A stretch of DNA of 63,494 nucleotides, the filler included, from Octopus bimaculoides (Eukaryota): NCBI RefSeq assembly GCF_001194135.2. It is 5 parts of 5 records of this genome, joined end to end, with 100 filler letters (N's around TTAATTAATTAA, not from the genome) between each part and the next. Parts side by side here need not be neighbours in the genome. Positions count along the whole stretch, not along the records: positions 8,099 to 36,843 come from NC_069005.1; 4 more parts are not named here. One strand, written 5' to 3'. The notes below the pieces were generated by a model. That model was not told the DNA's origin. It worked only from the letters and a program-made list of their open reading frames with translations, and ran no database searches. Of this stretch, positions 13,030-25,200 are shown piece after piece (the first letter of the stretch is position 1; every line of letters begins with the position of its first letter). The position numbers and the translations under genes are program-made.

Positions 13030-13160
13030 GAATATCAGTGTGCAAGAGAGAAGACTGCGCTTGCATGTGGGTATGTGATGCGTATGATGCAAAGGCCGAC
13101 AGTTGGTTAAAGAAGTGCCAAGCGATCCTACGTTGAAGGAATCGTGCAAAAGAGGAAGAA
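13030..13160 (+). mobile_element. Old RTE LINE 3' remnant
   Basis: GTGCAAGAGAGAAGACTGCGCT...AAGAAGTG...GAAGGAATCGTG..AAGAGGAAGA aligns by eye with the 251-652 copy. Confidence 0.6.
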
Positions 13161-14194
13161 ATGATGAAAAAAAAATTTGATCTCAGAGTAGCTGAAAAAT
13201 TTCATGAAAGAAATGACGAATAAATAACTAATAATGATATAAATTTTAAAAGATAATTAAATGAATGAAAAAGAAAAAAAAAACCCCAATGAATTGCAAC
13301 AAATGGCCAGAAACTGTGCCAGGAAAGACTTGTCCAAGCCATGAAGAAATGGTGGTGAAATGGACATGAAAATTTAAATAATGATGATGGCGATGAAGAA
13401 CGATGAATTTCGGGATACTGACGCATGTTTATGGTGTAATGTATAATTTGCTTTATCTCTAATTGAAGAGCTTTAAAAAAAAAAAATTAATTAAAAAAAA
13501 AAACAAAAAAAAACTCTCTCCCCTCCTCTCACCTCCATCCTACCACCCTCCCACCCTACCTCTGAAATGAGAACAAATAAACGATGAAATACACATAGGC
13601 CGTGTGTCACAGGAGTTGTGTGTATTTCAGTCAAATAATAACTCTTGTCTTTTATTGTTTGTTTATTTATTTCTGTTCCGCTTTTAAAAAAAAAACAATT
13701 TTATTGTCATGCCTTTTTTTAAAGCTGGAATGATGGAATGGTCTGATTAAATGGTGCCAACCAATATGTTACGGTTATCAAAAGAACCAGACAGGTGAGG
13801 CAGTGCAGTCTTTAAGTTTGGTGCCACCATTGGTGTTGTCATTTTTTTTTTTCTGTCAAGGTTGACTTTGTTTTTCATCCCTTTGGGGTCAATAAAATAA
13901 GTACCAGTTGAAGACTGGGGTCGATGTAATCGACTCCTGCCCTCCACCCAAAATTGCTAGCCTTGTTCCAAAATTTGAAACCATTATTATGATTATTGTT
14001 ATTGTGGTAAGTTGGCAGAACCATTAGCACGCCGGCCAAAATACTTGGCGGTATTTCGTCTGCTGCTACGTTCTGAGTTCAAACACCGCTGAGGTCAACT
14101 TTGCCTTTCATCCTTTCAGGGTCGATACATTAAGTACCAGTTAAGTACTGGGGTCAATGTGATCGACTCGTCCCCCACCCTCAAATTTCAGGCC

Positions 14195-14355
14195 TCGGAG
14201 TGGTTGGCGTTAGGAAGGGCATCCAGCTGTAGAAACTCTGCCAGATCAGATTGGAGCCTGGTGCAGCCTTCTGGCTTGCCAGTCCTCAGTGAAATTGTCC
14301 AACCCATGCTAGCATGGAAAGCAGACGTTAAACAACGATGAGGATGATGATGATG
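14195..14355 (+). mobile_element. RTE-type 3' UTR tail fragment
   Basis: GGAGTGGTTGGCGTTAGGAAGGGCATCCAGC...GCATGGAAAGCAGACGTTAAAC(GAT)n; homologous to 251-385 and 17745-17905. Confidence 0.75.
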
Positions 14356-14406
14356 TTTCTATAGTAGAAAGGATCACATTATTATTATTATTATTATTAT
14401 TATTAT

Positions 14407-14575
14407 CACATTGTTTTGGATTAATCATGCATTCTCTTGTAGCTTCGAGATTTCAATGGTGTGTCCGTATATTTTTAGAATGACATTGTAGGGTAGGTGT
14501 GAGAGGCTGGATCTGGTCAGTTTTAACATAAAACGGGCAGAATATTTGGGCTGGATTAAATGCTAAAAGATTAAT
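14407..14575 (+). mobile_element. TTAA MITE, 5'-truncated
   Basis: Same internal sequence; ends AAATGCTAAAAGATTAA. Confidence 0.65.
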
Positions 14576-14989
14576 TGATTTGCGGCTACTGGTTGAAAAT
14601 ACTTGCCTAAGATACTGCACTCTGATTGACTGGCAACTTTGTTCTCCTTCATAGTTGCTTCACCCTCATTAACATAAGTGGGTGCCGACATGTGACTGAG
14701 TTAATTACAGATATGTTCAAAGAATGTCACAGGTGCCGCACCAAATCGACAATCCTCCTTCCTTTGCTGTTTGTGTGATTCTCCTTCCCACCCCCACCCG
14801 CATCCTAATTTGACTTTGATGCCTGTGTAGGTGAATGTGGCCATGTGACTATGAGTTCATACTTCCATAAAATGTGTTTTTTTTTGCTCCGTAGCAGACT
14901 GAAATATAAACTAGCAAGAAATACATTTTTGATTTACTTAATTTCATACAAAACAGTATCTGGAGTTAATTTTATTATTATTCCACCGA

Positions 14990-15401
14990 GGCGCAGGAGT
15001 GGCTGTGTGGTAAGTAGCTTGCTTGCCAACCACATGGTTCCGGGTTCAGTCCCACTGCATGGCACCTTGGGCAAGTGTCTTCTACTATAGCCTTGGGCCG
15101 GCCAAAGCCTTGTGAGTGGATTTGGTAGACGGAAACTGAAAGAAGCCGGTCGTGTATATGTATATATATATAAGCAATATTAATTCTCTAAATGAAGTAT
15201 TAACAGTAACTGCACGATAAAGTGTAGTATATTGCCACTTAAATGTGGCTGACCCCTAGGGGTGGATGTTACTGTTGCTTTTAGCCCCAGGAGGACATCT
15301 CCTCCAGCTGGCTTATCGACACACTACTGTGTCCTGGGCTAAAAGCAACAGTAACATCCACCCCTAGGGGTCAGCCACACTTAAGTGGCAATATACTACA
15401 C

Positions 15402-15432
<31 letters not shown>

Positions 15433-15632
15433 GTGTATATGTTTGTGTGTCTGTGTTTGTCCTCCCCACATCGCTTGACAACCGATGCTGGTGTGTTTAC
15501 GTCCCCGTAACCTGGCGGTTCGGCAAAAGAGACCGATAGAATAAGTACCAGGCTTACAAAGAATAAGTCCTGGGGTCGAGTTGCTCGACTAAAAACGGTG
15601 GTCCAGCATGGCCGCAGTCAAATGACTGAAAC
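14990..15632 (+). mobile_element. SINE family B with a foldback insertion in its internal microsatellite
   Basis: Homologous to 18247-18650 on both sides of 15221-15402. Confidence 0.85.
15221..15402. repeat. 182-bp near-perfect palindrome (arms 15221-15292 and 15332-15402)
   Basis: One substitution and one 1-nt indel between about 71-bp arms; 39-nt loop. Confidence 0.9.
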
Positions 15633-16070
15633 GATGGATAGATAGATAGATAGAGAAAGAGAGAGATGGCGTGCACGCTGATTCTTACTTGCTGCTGAGG
15701 GAAACAGAGACACGTATATGTGTTGGGTGGAATACATCGCAGATATGTGAGAGCCGTGTGAAAGAAAGACTGAAGTTGATCGGGGAGAACGAATACAGAA
15801 CAAGCAGTAAAGCAAAACAGTAGCTGCATGTTTGTTTGTTTATTTATTTATGTATATAGCGGCAATGGTGAACAATAGCGTCGTTGGCTACAGGTATCTA
15901 ATGATAGGTGGTCACTTATTGGTTTACTGTGTGTGTGTGTGTGTGTATAAATATGCATAATACGTGTGTACGATTTCTGTCCACTAAATTTCACTCACAA
16001 CCCGAAGTTATTGTAGAATAAAATTTACTAAATTACCTAATCCTTCCTCAACATGCAGTGGGAGCCAACG

Positions 16071-16106
<36 letters not shown>

Positions 16107-16408
16107 TCTCTCTCTCTCTCACACACATATAAGGCACATAGAAGAAAAGCACGATTCGGTACATGATGCCAAGAGTTACGTGATCACCATGCAAAAAACT
16201 ATAACATCGGTGTAGAATTTTTCACAAAAGAAAGAAACATAGGAAAGAAAATACCACGCTTTGTATGTCAAACGGCAGAAAAGACCCAATAGAAAGAAGA
16301 GCGTAAACAAAACGGTGAATACATTGTGCTATTCTTGGTCTGGCGAAGTTATCTCCCTTCATATGTAAATATCACCAAGTGAGCTTTCGTGTCCCACTAC
16401 ATCGATAC

Positions 16409-17310
16409 GGTGGAGGCGCAATGGCCCAGTGGTTAGGGCTACGGACTCGCGGTCATAAGATCGCGGTTTCGATTCCCAGACCGGCCGTTGTGAGTGTTTA
16501 TTGAGCGAAAACACCTAAATCTCTACGGGGCTCCGGCAGGGGATGGTGGCGAACCCTGCTGTACTCTTTCACCACAGCTTTGTCTCACTCTTACTTCCTG
16601 TTTCTGTTGTGCCTGTAATTCAAAGGGTCAGCCTTGTCACGCTGAATATCCCCGAGAACTACGTTAAGGGTACACGTGTCTGTGGAGTGCTCAGCCNNNN
16701 NNNNNNNNNNNNNNNNNNNNNNNNNNNNNNNNNNNNNNNNNNNNNNNNNNNNNNNNNNNNNNNNNNNNNNNNNNNNNNNNNNNNNNNNNNNNNNNNNNNN
16801 NNNNNNNNNNNNNNNNNNNNNNNNNNNNNNNNNNNNNNNNNNNNNNNNNNNNNNNNNNNNNNNNNNNNNNNNNNNNNNNNNNNNNNNNNNNNNNNNNNNN
16901 NNNNNNNNNNNNNNNNNNNNNNNNNNNNNNNNNNNNNNNNNNNNNNNNNNNNNNNNNNNNNNNNNNNNNNNNNNNNNNNNNNNNNNNNNNNNNNNNNNNN
17001 NNNNNNNNNNNNNNNNNNNNNNNNNNNNNNNNNNNNNNNNNNNNNNNNNNNNNNNNNNNNNNNNNNNNNNNNNNNNNNNNNNNNNNNNNNNNNNNNNNNN
17101 NNNNNNNNNNNNNNNNNNNNNNNNNNNNNNNNNNNNNNNNNNNNNNNNNNNNNNNNNNNNNNNNNNNNNNNTACGGACTCGCGGTCATAAGATCGCGGTT
17201 TCGATTCCCAGACCGGCCGTTGTGAGTGTTTATTGAGCGAAAACACCTAAAGTTTCATGAGGCTCCGACAGGGGATGGTGGCGAACCCTGCTGTACTCTT
17301 CCACCACAAC
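16409..17310 (+). mobile_element. SINE family A; two partial copies either side of a gap (16409-16696, 17172-17310)
   Basis: Homologous to 44681-45063. Confidence 0.8.
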
Positions 17311-17574
17311 TTTCTAAGTTACAGGGATGTAAACACACCAACACCAGTTGTCAAGCAGTGGCTAGGGACAAGGGGCAAACAGAAACACAAAGACACAAAC
17401 ACTCACACACACATACATGGTGGGCTTCATTCAGTTTCTTATTTCTTTATTGCCCACAAGGGGTTAAACATGGAGGGGACAAACAAGGACAGACAAAGAG
17501 ATTAAGTCGATTACATTGACCCTAATGCGTAACTGGTACTTATTTAATCGACCCTGAAAGGATGAAAGGCAAAG

Positions 17575-17905
17575 TGGTTGAGTTCTTTTCGAGTGTTGGT
17601 CCTCATGGAGGCAATGACCGAGACCTTTGGCATTATGTCGTGCTTGAGAAGACGCCCCATCAAGCCGAGCAAAATCACAGTCATGGTAGATACCAGTGTC
17701 GTGCAAATGGCACCCATGCCAGTGACATGTAAAAGCACCCCTTACACTCTTAGAGAGGTTGGTGTTAGGAAGAGCATCCAGCCATAGAAAACCATGCCAA
17801 ATCAGACTGGCATCTGGTGCAGCCTTCCAGTTTACCAGCCCTGGTCAAACCATCCAACCCATGCCAGCATGGACAACAGATGTTAAATGATGATGATGAT
17901 GATGA
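17575..17905 (+). mobile_element. RTE-type 3' UTR fragment with (GAT)n tail
   Basis: Same tail sequence as 14195-14355 and 251-385. Confidence 0.7.
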
Positions 17906-18246
17906 CGAAATCCACTCACAAGCCTTTGTTTGGCCCAAGGCTATAATAGAAGACACTTGTCAAGGGTACCATGCACTGGAACTGAACCCAAAAGTATATA
18001 GTTGGGAAGCAATCTTCTAAACCACACAGCTATGTCCGAACCCTGGAATTGTTTTAAGAAAGTCTTTTGAATTTATGAACCTTGCCAACCCTTGCTTTTC
18101 TCTAAAAGTGAATGGAGCAATTTAGAGAATCATTGAAAGTGTATGGAGAGAAGTATAATTTATGCTTTATATTTTTGTTACATCCAAAATTCATTTTTAC
18201 AAGTTACATACTTAAATAGTAATTTACTTTAAAAAAAAAAAATGAA

Positions 18247-18408
18247 GGCATAGGAGTGGCTGTGTGGTAAGTAGCTTGCTTACAAACCACATGGTTCCGG
18301 GTTCAGTCCCACTACGTGGCACCTTGGGCAAGTGTCTTCTACTATAGCCTCGGGCCGACCAAAGCCTTGTGAGTGGATTTGGTAGACGGAAACTGAAAGA
18401 AGCCCGTC

Positions 18409-18454
<46 letters not shown>

Positions 18455-18650
18455 CTGTGTTTGTCCCCCCCACCATCGCTTGACATCCGATGGTGGTGTG
18501 TTTACGTCCCCGTAACATAGCGGTTCGGCAAAAGAGACCGATAGGATAAGTACTAGGCTTCCAAAGAATAAGTCCTGGGGTCGATTAGCTCGACTAAAAG
18601 GCGGTGCTCCAGCATGGCTGCAGTCAAATGACTGAAACAAGCAAAAGAGT
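18247..18650 (+). mobile_element. tRNA-derived SINE family B (internal TA/TG microsatellite), full length, about 550 bp upstream of the SZRD1 ATG
   Basis: GGAGTGGCTGTGTGGTAAG (A box), GGTTCAGTCCC (B box), CCTTGGGCAAGTG central motif, tail GCAGTCAAATGACTGAAACAAG. Confidence 0.88.
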
Positions 18651-19205
18651 ATATATATGTATATATAATCATATATACATATATATATTCATATATACAT
18701 ATATTATTCATATATATGTATTCATATATACATATAAAGTAACACACAACTAAGTTAAAAAAAAAGACACACTACAACCGCTACCTTTCGGGGCAGGGAA
18801 CCACACACACACGCACATATATATATATTTTTTTTTAAGAAAAAAGGCAAGGTCCCGGCAGGTGCTATTTTAATTATCAGGGGGAGGTAAATCCGTCGAG
18901 CTCAGGTTATCTTTCCTTTGTTTTAGAGAGGTTCTTAAAAGAAGAACCACAACTACTTCACGTTTTTGTCACATACACACACGGAGCGAACCACATTCAA
19001 AGACGGGGGTTGTTGTTGTCTCATATTATTATTATTATTAGCATCATTATTACATTACTATACGACGACGACGACTCCCTCCTGTGCTGTTCTGCTGCTC
19101 TTGTTTTTTTTTTTTTTTTCATTTGTTTGTTTGCAAACCAAAGAAGATAGCAAATGTTTCTAGTATTCGAAACATCCAGTTGACTCCAGTTTACATTTTC
19201 AAACT

Positions 19206-19259
19206 ATGGCTGACGACGGTGAAGTACTGGATAGTTGGGAGGAACTGGATGATAAAGCA
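19206..19259 (+). CDS. SZRD1: SZRD1 coding exon 1 (MADDGEVLDSWEELDDKA)
   Basis: ATG at 19206; donor GCA|GTAAGT; phase 0. Confidence 0.93.
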
Positions 19260-22200
19260 GTAAGTACCAAAAAAAAAAAGATAAAAACAAAAAAAAGAAT
19301 CCCGTCCCCTTTCGATTGTTGCCATTTGCACGGGCACAAAGTGAGGGATCCATGATACACTCTGATGATCCCCGACTTTGTGTCCTCCATGCTCTACACT
19401 TTGATATATGCCGAATATAGTGGTGGTGGTGGTGGTGGCGGCGGTGATGTTTCTATTACTATTTGTTATTGATGATGATGATGTTGATGATTGTGGTGGT
19501 GGATGCAGCGGTGATGTTATTACAACTAGTGTTTGTTTGTTGATGGTGATGGCGGTAGTGGCTGTCCAGTTGTCTTGAAGGAAAAACCCTTCATTATTAT
19601 CACCATTAATGTTATTATTATTAATAATACTGTTTCTGCTTTGTGAACCCTTATTATATCCAGACCAATTCTTCTTCCTCTTCTTTTGTTATTTTTTGTT
19701 CTGTTCTGTCTTTGCTTTGACCACATTCTTCTTGCACGTGTCACACTTAGCGGCTGGGCAACTGCCCCAACCATTTACCAATTGTTATTTATACAACACA
19801 CAGACAGACCCCCACAAAACAATATAACATACACACACATATATATATATGTACATATGTATATTGCGATATATATATAACTACATGTGTATGTTTATAT
19901 AGGTGTATATACAAGGGAGGGCCCTAGTATTCAGAGATTCTGTGGAATTTTCCGGTGCCTCATAGATGTGAGGATATATACACATATATATACGCACATA
20001 CACATAACGTAATAAACGATTGTACATGCACATCTTGTATAGATTTAATTTAATCTTCGGTCAGCTGCCTTCAACTGAAATGTCAGTGAACTGTAGACCT
20101 AACTTTATATATTTCTACCTGGATTAATACAACTACTACTTCTACTAATAATGAGAAATTTACCTTCGACAATCACCTTTTTTTCCCATCAGATGTTAAC
20201 AGCTCATCACCTTCGTTTTCCCCCCTTAATTCTGTAAAAATATCCACGATATATATTGTTTCTTAACTTCCTACGTTGATCCTTTTTGTCTTAAAACTCT
20301 AAATATGGAAATATTCGGTCCGGCCCGTGGGATTTAAATTCTGGTTTCTTTCTCTCCTACTTCTGTCTCTGATGTTCCATCTTTCGGTAAATGGTAACTG
20401 TTTAGAATAATCCCTTTTCATTTCATAACCACCTAAAAAAGGGGAGCTTAAAGACTAAACAAGATGTTTAGAGATGTAATCGGTTTAGATATTCCTTATC
20501 TTAAATATTTTTCTACCTTGTTGGCGTTGTTAACAACTTTAAGAATTTCCTTACTTCAACAAACCTTTCCTCCCCCGATATTTTCACACCCCAGTCGGTC
20601 TATTGGACATGTTCTCCTTTCCTGATGAATGAATTAATCTTTCGAAGGGGTTTCCCTTTTCCTTGTTCTCCCTTTTCTTTCATGAATATAAAAAACATAT
20701 CATTATTTAATATTAAAAATAACATTTCATTCCCAAGACTCGTTTTACTCGGAATATCAAAAAATTACTCACACACACACACATACACACATACAGAAAG
20801 AGTGTTGAACTATTAAGAGAAAATTACATGTATAATTCCTACTAGATGATAATTCAGACATTTTTATTGTATGTTTAAACTTCATGGGAGATTTTAGACC
20901 CCTAAAAAATGCAAATATTGTTTTGTGGGGGCTATTTAATGTATTTTATTGCGATAGTTTGTCACGCACTTGACTTAACCAATTATGGCGAAAAGTACTA
21001 AAGTAAGCTTGTCGTGAAACATAGCCACTTCCGATGGCGTGATGAGTGGAATTTTCTTCGATGTCGATGTTGTTTTTAACTATGGAAATACAGCTTCCAG
21101 TTAGATTTCTATATCTTTCTGCCATCCAACTACTGCTAGAGCTTCTACCTCCTCCACATCACTCTTAAATTCGACAAGACATTCGATCGGCCTTACATGA
21201 TGATGGCATGTAGTCGCCATGCTGTTTTCCTTTCTCAAACACCACATGTCATTCTTTGACTCCCGGTGAGTCAAGTCTCCGCAACAAAATCCTTGTTTCC
21301 AGCCGAAATTCGTGTCAATTTGACATATCACTTCCACACTTTAACGATTACTGGTTTAATTATTATTTAAACTAACCTTAACGTTGTTTCTGACAGTCGG
21401 GAGTTTCCCAAATGTTTTCGCGTCAATGACTTCTCCCTAGAAATAGTTGGAACACTTTGTCTGACAGTCCCAAGTAAACATTTTTTAAGAAATATACATC
21501 GGCCCGCCTTACGTTTTAATTATTTAAGTAAATAAATATCATAAACAGTTGTTATTCGTAGTAAAGTCTCTGTTTTTCAGTTTTAGTTTGCTATAAACAC
21601 AGTTTTTGATNNNNNNNNNNNNNNNNNNNNNNNNNNNNNNNNNNNNNNNNNNNNNNNNNNNNNNNNNNNNNNNNNNNNNNNNNNNNNNNNNNNNNNNNNN
21701 NNNNNNNNNNNNNNNNNNNNNNNNNNNNNNNNNNNATATATATATATATATATACTCACATATATATATATGTATATATATGTGTGTGTGTGTGTGTTTT
21801 CATTATCATACGTACGTTCCTTAGTTGAGGTTTCAATCGGATGCACAGATAGAGTACAAATAAACTCTGCCGAGATAAGGTATATCAGTACCTGCTTCGT
21901 GGGTCACAGAGTTCAAATCCATTATTTGTGTAATCGTTGTTTTCGTTCGATTCTACTTCCACGGCATCATTTCACCAAGTTCTTTGGGGGAAATACTTCG
22001 TCTTCTGAGAATATGTTACGACTTAAGGACGGACGTACCGATTCCCCCTATCATCATAAAGCCACACTCTTAAAGTACTGCATCTAAGGTTCTAAGGATT
22101 CTTCAGTTCTAAGGAGACATTCACCGTGTGTGTGTGAAATAATTTGTTGGGGGTAACCACTGTAAATGTAGAACCAAACAATTCTTGCATTGGGGCGGAT

Positions 22201-25200
22201 AAATAAATTGTTGTTTGAACCAAAGTCAAGTTATGATCAGAGGTGTTCCAACCACGACCAACTCATCTATTTTTAATAATATATCTAGTACTGCCTTGTC
22301 TCGTGTCCATCCGGTTAAATGTCTGTAGAGTGTAATTTTGAGAGAATTTGGTTGTTATTTTTAGCAGCTCAGACGACCATGAAGAGGATCCCTTAATGGC
22401 CTGAGTACAGATAAAATGTATACTTTTTGTTGGTGCTATGCTGAGTTATACGACAAGATGTTTTGGTTCATCTTACTGTTGTTTGTTATTCACTCCATGT
22501 CAGCCCCACATCAAGCAGATCTATGATCAAAGACGTTCCGGTCTTGAACGTCCCCCCTTTTTGTATATTGTATTATATTATCCTCTGTATTCTATCAGTT
22601 GATAGTATAATTTTAGGGAGATTTGACTGTTACTTCTAGCAGTTCAACCAACTATTTGGAGGTTCCTTCATAGGCTCAAAATAGGTTGTATGCTGTGGGT
22701 GGTGTTCTGTTAGGTCTTTAAGATGTCTAAATCTCAATTAGGTGAAAATTTGTTTTACGTCTATGTTAGGTCATGTGGCTTAGTGGTTAGGGTGTTGGTT
22801 TCGTGTTCACAAGGTCATAGGTTAAATTCTTGGACTCGGTGTGTGTTGTGTTATTGAGCACTAAATTTTCGTTGTTTTCAAAATTGATTGAAATAAATGC
22901 AGTGTCTTTCTACAGAAACATCGAAACAAAAGGATTAAATCTTTTGATACAAGCCTGCCTGTATCTACTCCTGGTTCTCTGATATGAACTTCCTGTTTTT
23001 ATCAGAGAAGCAGGGTAATGAAGAGGTTAACAAGCTATCATTTTGAGGTCAAATTATGCCAAGCTCTTTGGTGCTGTCTTACTGAAAGTTGATTTTACAC
23101 AAATATATATGTCTTTTATTAAGATTGAGAACTGAAGTCTACATGTCTACAAATTATATCCAAATGTAATGAGAGAATCAGAACTAAATGTTATACAACA
23201 AACATGATTGGTACGCCAGCACTCCTTAGGCTATCCTCTGTCCTAGAACAACTACTCAGTGAAGCTTATCCTCACTGATACAACCAAGTGTGTGTAAACT
23301 GCAAAGTAAATGATTCAGGAAGAAAACCAGCATGTTGATACCAAACTGCTTGTGATCATCCCTGATTCTAAGATCCAAACTTCCTTTTTTTTAACCTTTT
23401 TAGCATTTAAATTACTCTGTCAAATGTAATCCCCATTTATTCCCATTGTTTTAAATTAATCATGCCTTATTTTGTGGCTTTGACATTTTGATCATGTGGT
23501 TGTTTATTTTGAGAATGACATTGTAGAGTAAGTGTGAGAAGCCAGATTGGGTCAGTTTGAACATAAAACAGGAAGATTATTTGGGCTGGAAATGGCCTGT
23601 TTAAATGCTAAAGAGTTAAAGTTTTCTGTCCAGCCACAGAAAACTTGCCTCAACAAATTCCATCCAACTCATTTGAAGCTTGGCGATGTGGACATTAAAA
23701 TGTTGATGAGAATGATACACTAACCACTTCATATATAAAAGATCTTTCTCCACTAGTCTACCTGTGATCCCGCTACCCTTGTGTACCCATAATTACTAAG
23801 GGTACATTGTCTAAAGTTCCTGCCCCTTTTCTACATATTGCACCCATCCATTTACCTGATAACAGCAAGGTTGTCTTCTTCCCTGCTTATCTTGATCTCT
23901 CCCAATTCTAGATTTTGTTGGAACATTTGGAATTTCTTCTCTAAATCTTTCACAGATCCTGTTACGAGTACAAAATGATTAGCAAATGAGAGTTGCCACA
24001 GATACCTGGTCATAAACTCATCTACTAAGGCTAGAGAACTGTAATGAATAGAAGTGGGTTGAGAAGAAAGCCTTGAATGATAATTGCCTGCACATTTAAC
24101 ATTTAAACTGGTCATGTCCAGCCAAACTATTCTCCTTGTTTTATGTTCAAAGTGACCAGATCCAGCCTTTCCAATCTATCTTACAGTGCCATCCTAAGAA
24201 CTCTCTCTCTCTCTCTCTCCATTAATAGGTATCAATACAGCTCTGAATGGATAGATTAAACATTTTATCTGTTATGTCACTGAAATAGGTACTATGAAAA
24301 AAAAGCACAATAATGAATTAAGGGTTACCAAACTACATCCTTCTGGAACTTTGGAGTATGAGCAATTCTCTGGTTTACACTAGTATAAAAAAAAATTATA
24401 TAAGCAAAGCCCTTGACAAAAATAGAATTAAAACCTCTTAGTTAAACTATGTTAATATAGTGTGACTCGGGGAAGATTTGGCTGCTATTTCTAGCAGGGC
24501 AAAGTGACTACATAGAGGCTTTCTTGTTTATTTGTCCTTGAGAAGTGCATGATGCTTGGTTTTGGTTTCATAGCATGAAACAAAATAGATAGAAAACGAA
24601 CCTTTTGTTGGGAAGGACACTAGTCTCTTACCCTGCTACCCATCCCAGAGAATCTGGGTCACATCATATGGCCTTTGAGTACTTTATTTCTGGTGAGGGA
24701 TGATTACTCTTTGTGAAGATTTTGACAAATGAAAACGAAATTTACTTGAAATGGGATGAAGGTCAAAGGTCACTATCTGCTGAATGCCTTCTCATCTCAT
24801 TTTTCTCACTGGTGGTATCCTCCTTGTTTCTATTGATACTATCCTCCTCTTCATTTTCTTTTTAATCTTTTAGGCAGTGTCTATGACCCTTTTGGCACCT
24901 CTTTTGGGAGAGAGGGAAGAAGGGATCCTCAAACTGGTGACTAGGCCCAAATACTTGCAGACACAGTGGGGTTTGCTAAAGGCACTTGATGGGCCAGGTG
25001 GTGTTGATTCTGTTGACAAGTTAAGTCTACCACCCATGTAGGCCACGGGAGTATTTGAACTCAGGATGCAAAGAGCCAGAACAAATACTATCAGGCATTT
25101 CATCCCATTTTCTTACACTTCTATCAAGACATTACCACGAATAGCTCCCTTTTAATCCTTCACTCTGTCAAATGTAATCCTTATTTATTCACATTGTTTT

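Noticed and set aside
18224-18640. Recurrent ORFs such as MFQSFDCSHAGAPPF.. and MVANPAVLFHH..
   Set aside because: Reading frames within SINE-B and SINE-A copies; they recur wherever the SINE recurs.
18845-18915. GC-richer stretch upstream of SZRD1 considered as a snRNA or other ncRNA
   Set aside because: No match by eye to U1/U2/U4/U5/U6/U11/U12/U4atac or SRP motifs; more likely SZRD1 promoter or 5' UTR.
22765-22860. tRNA-like A/B boxes (also in the SINE-A/B/C heads)
   Set aside because: No complete cloverleaf or acceptor stem; these are SINE heads, not tRNA genes.
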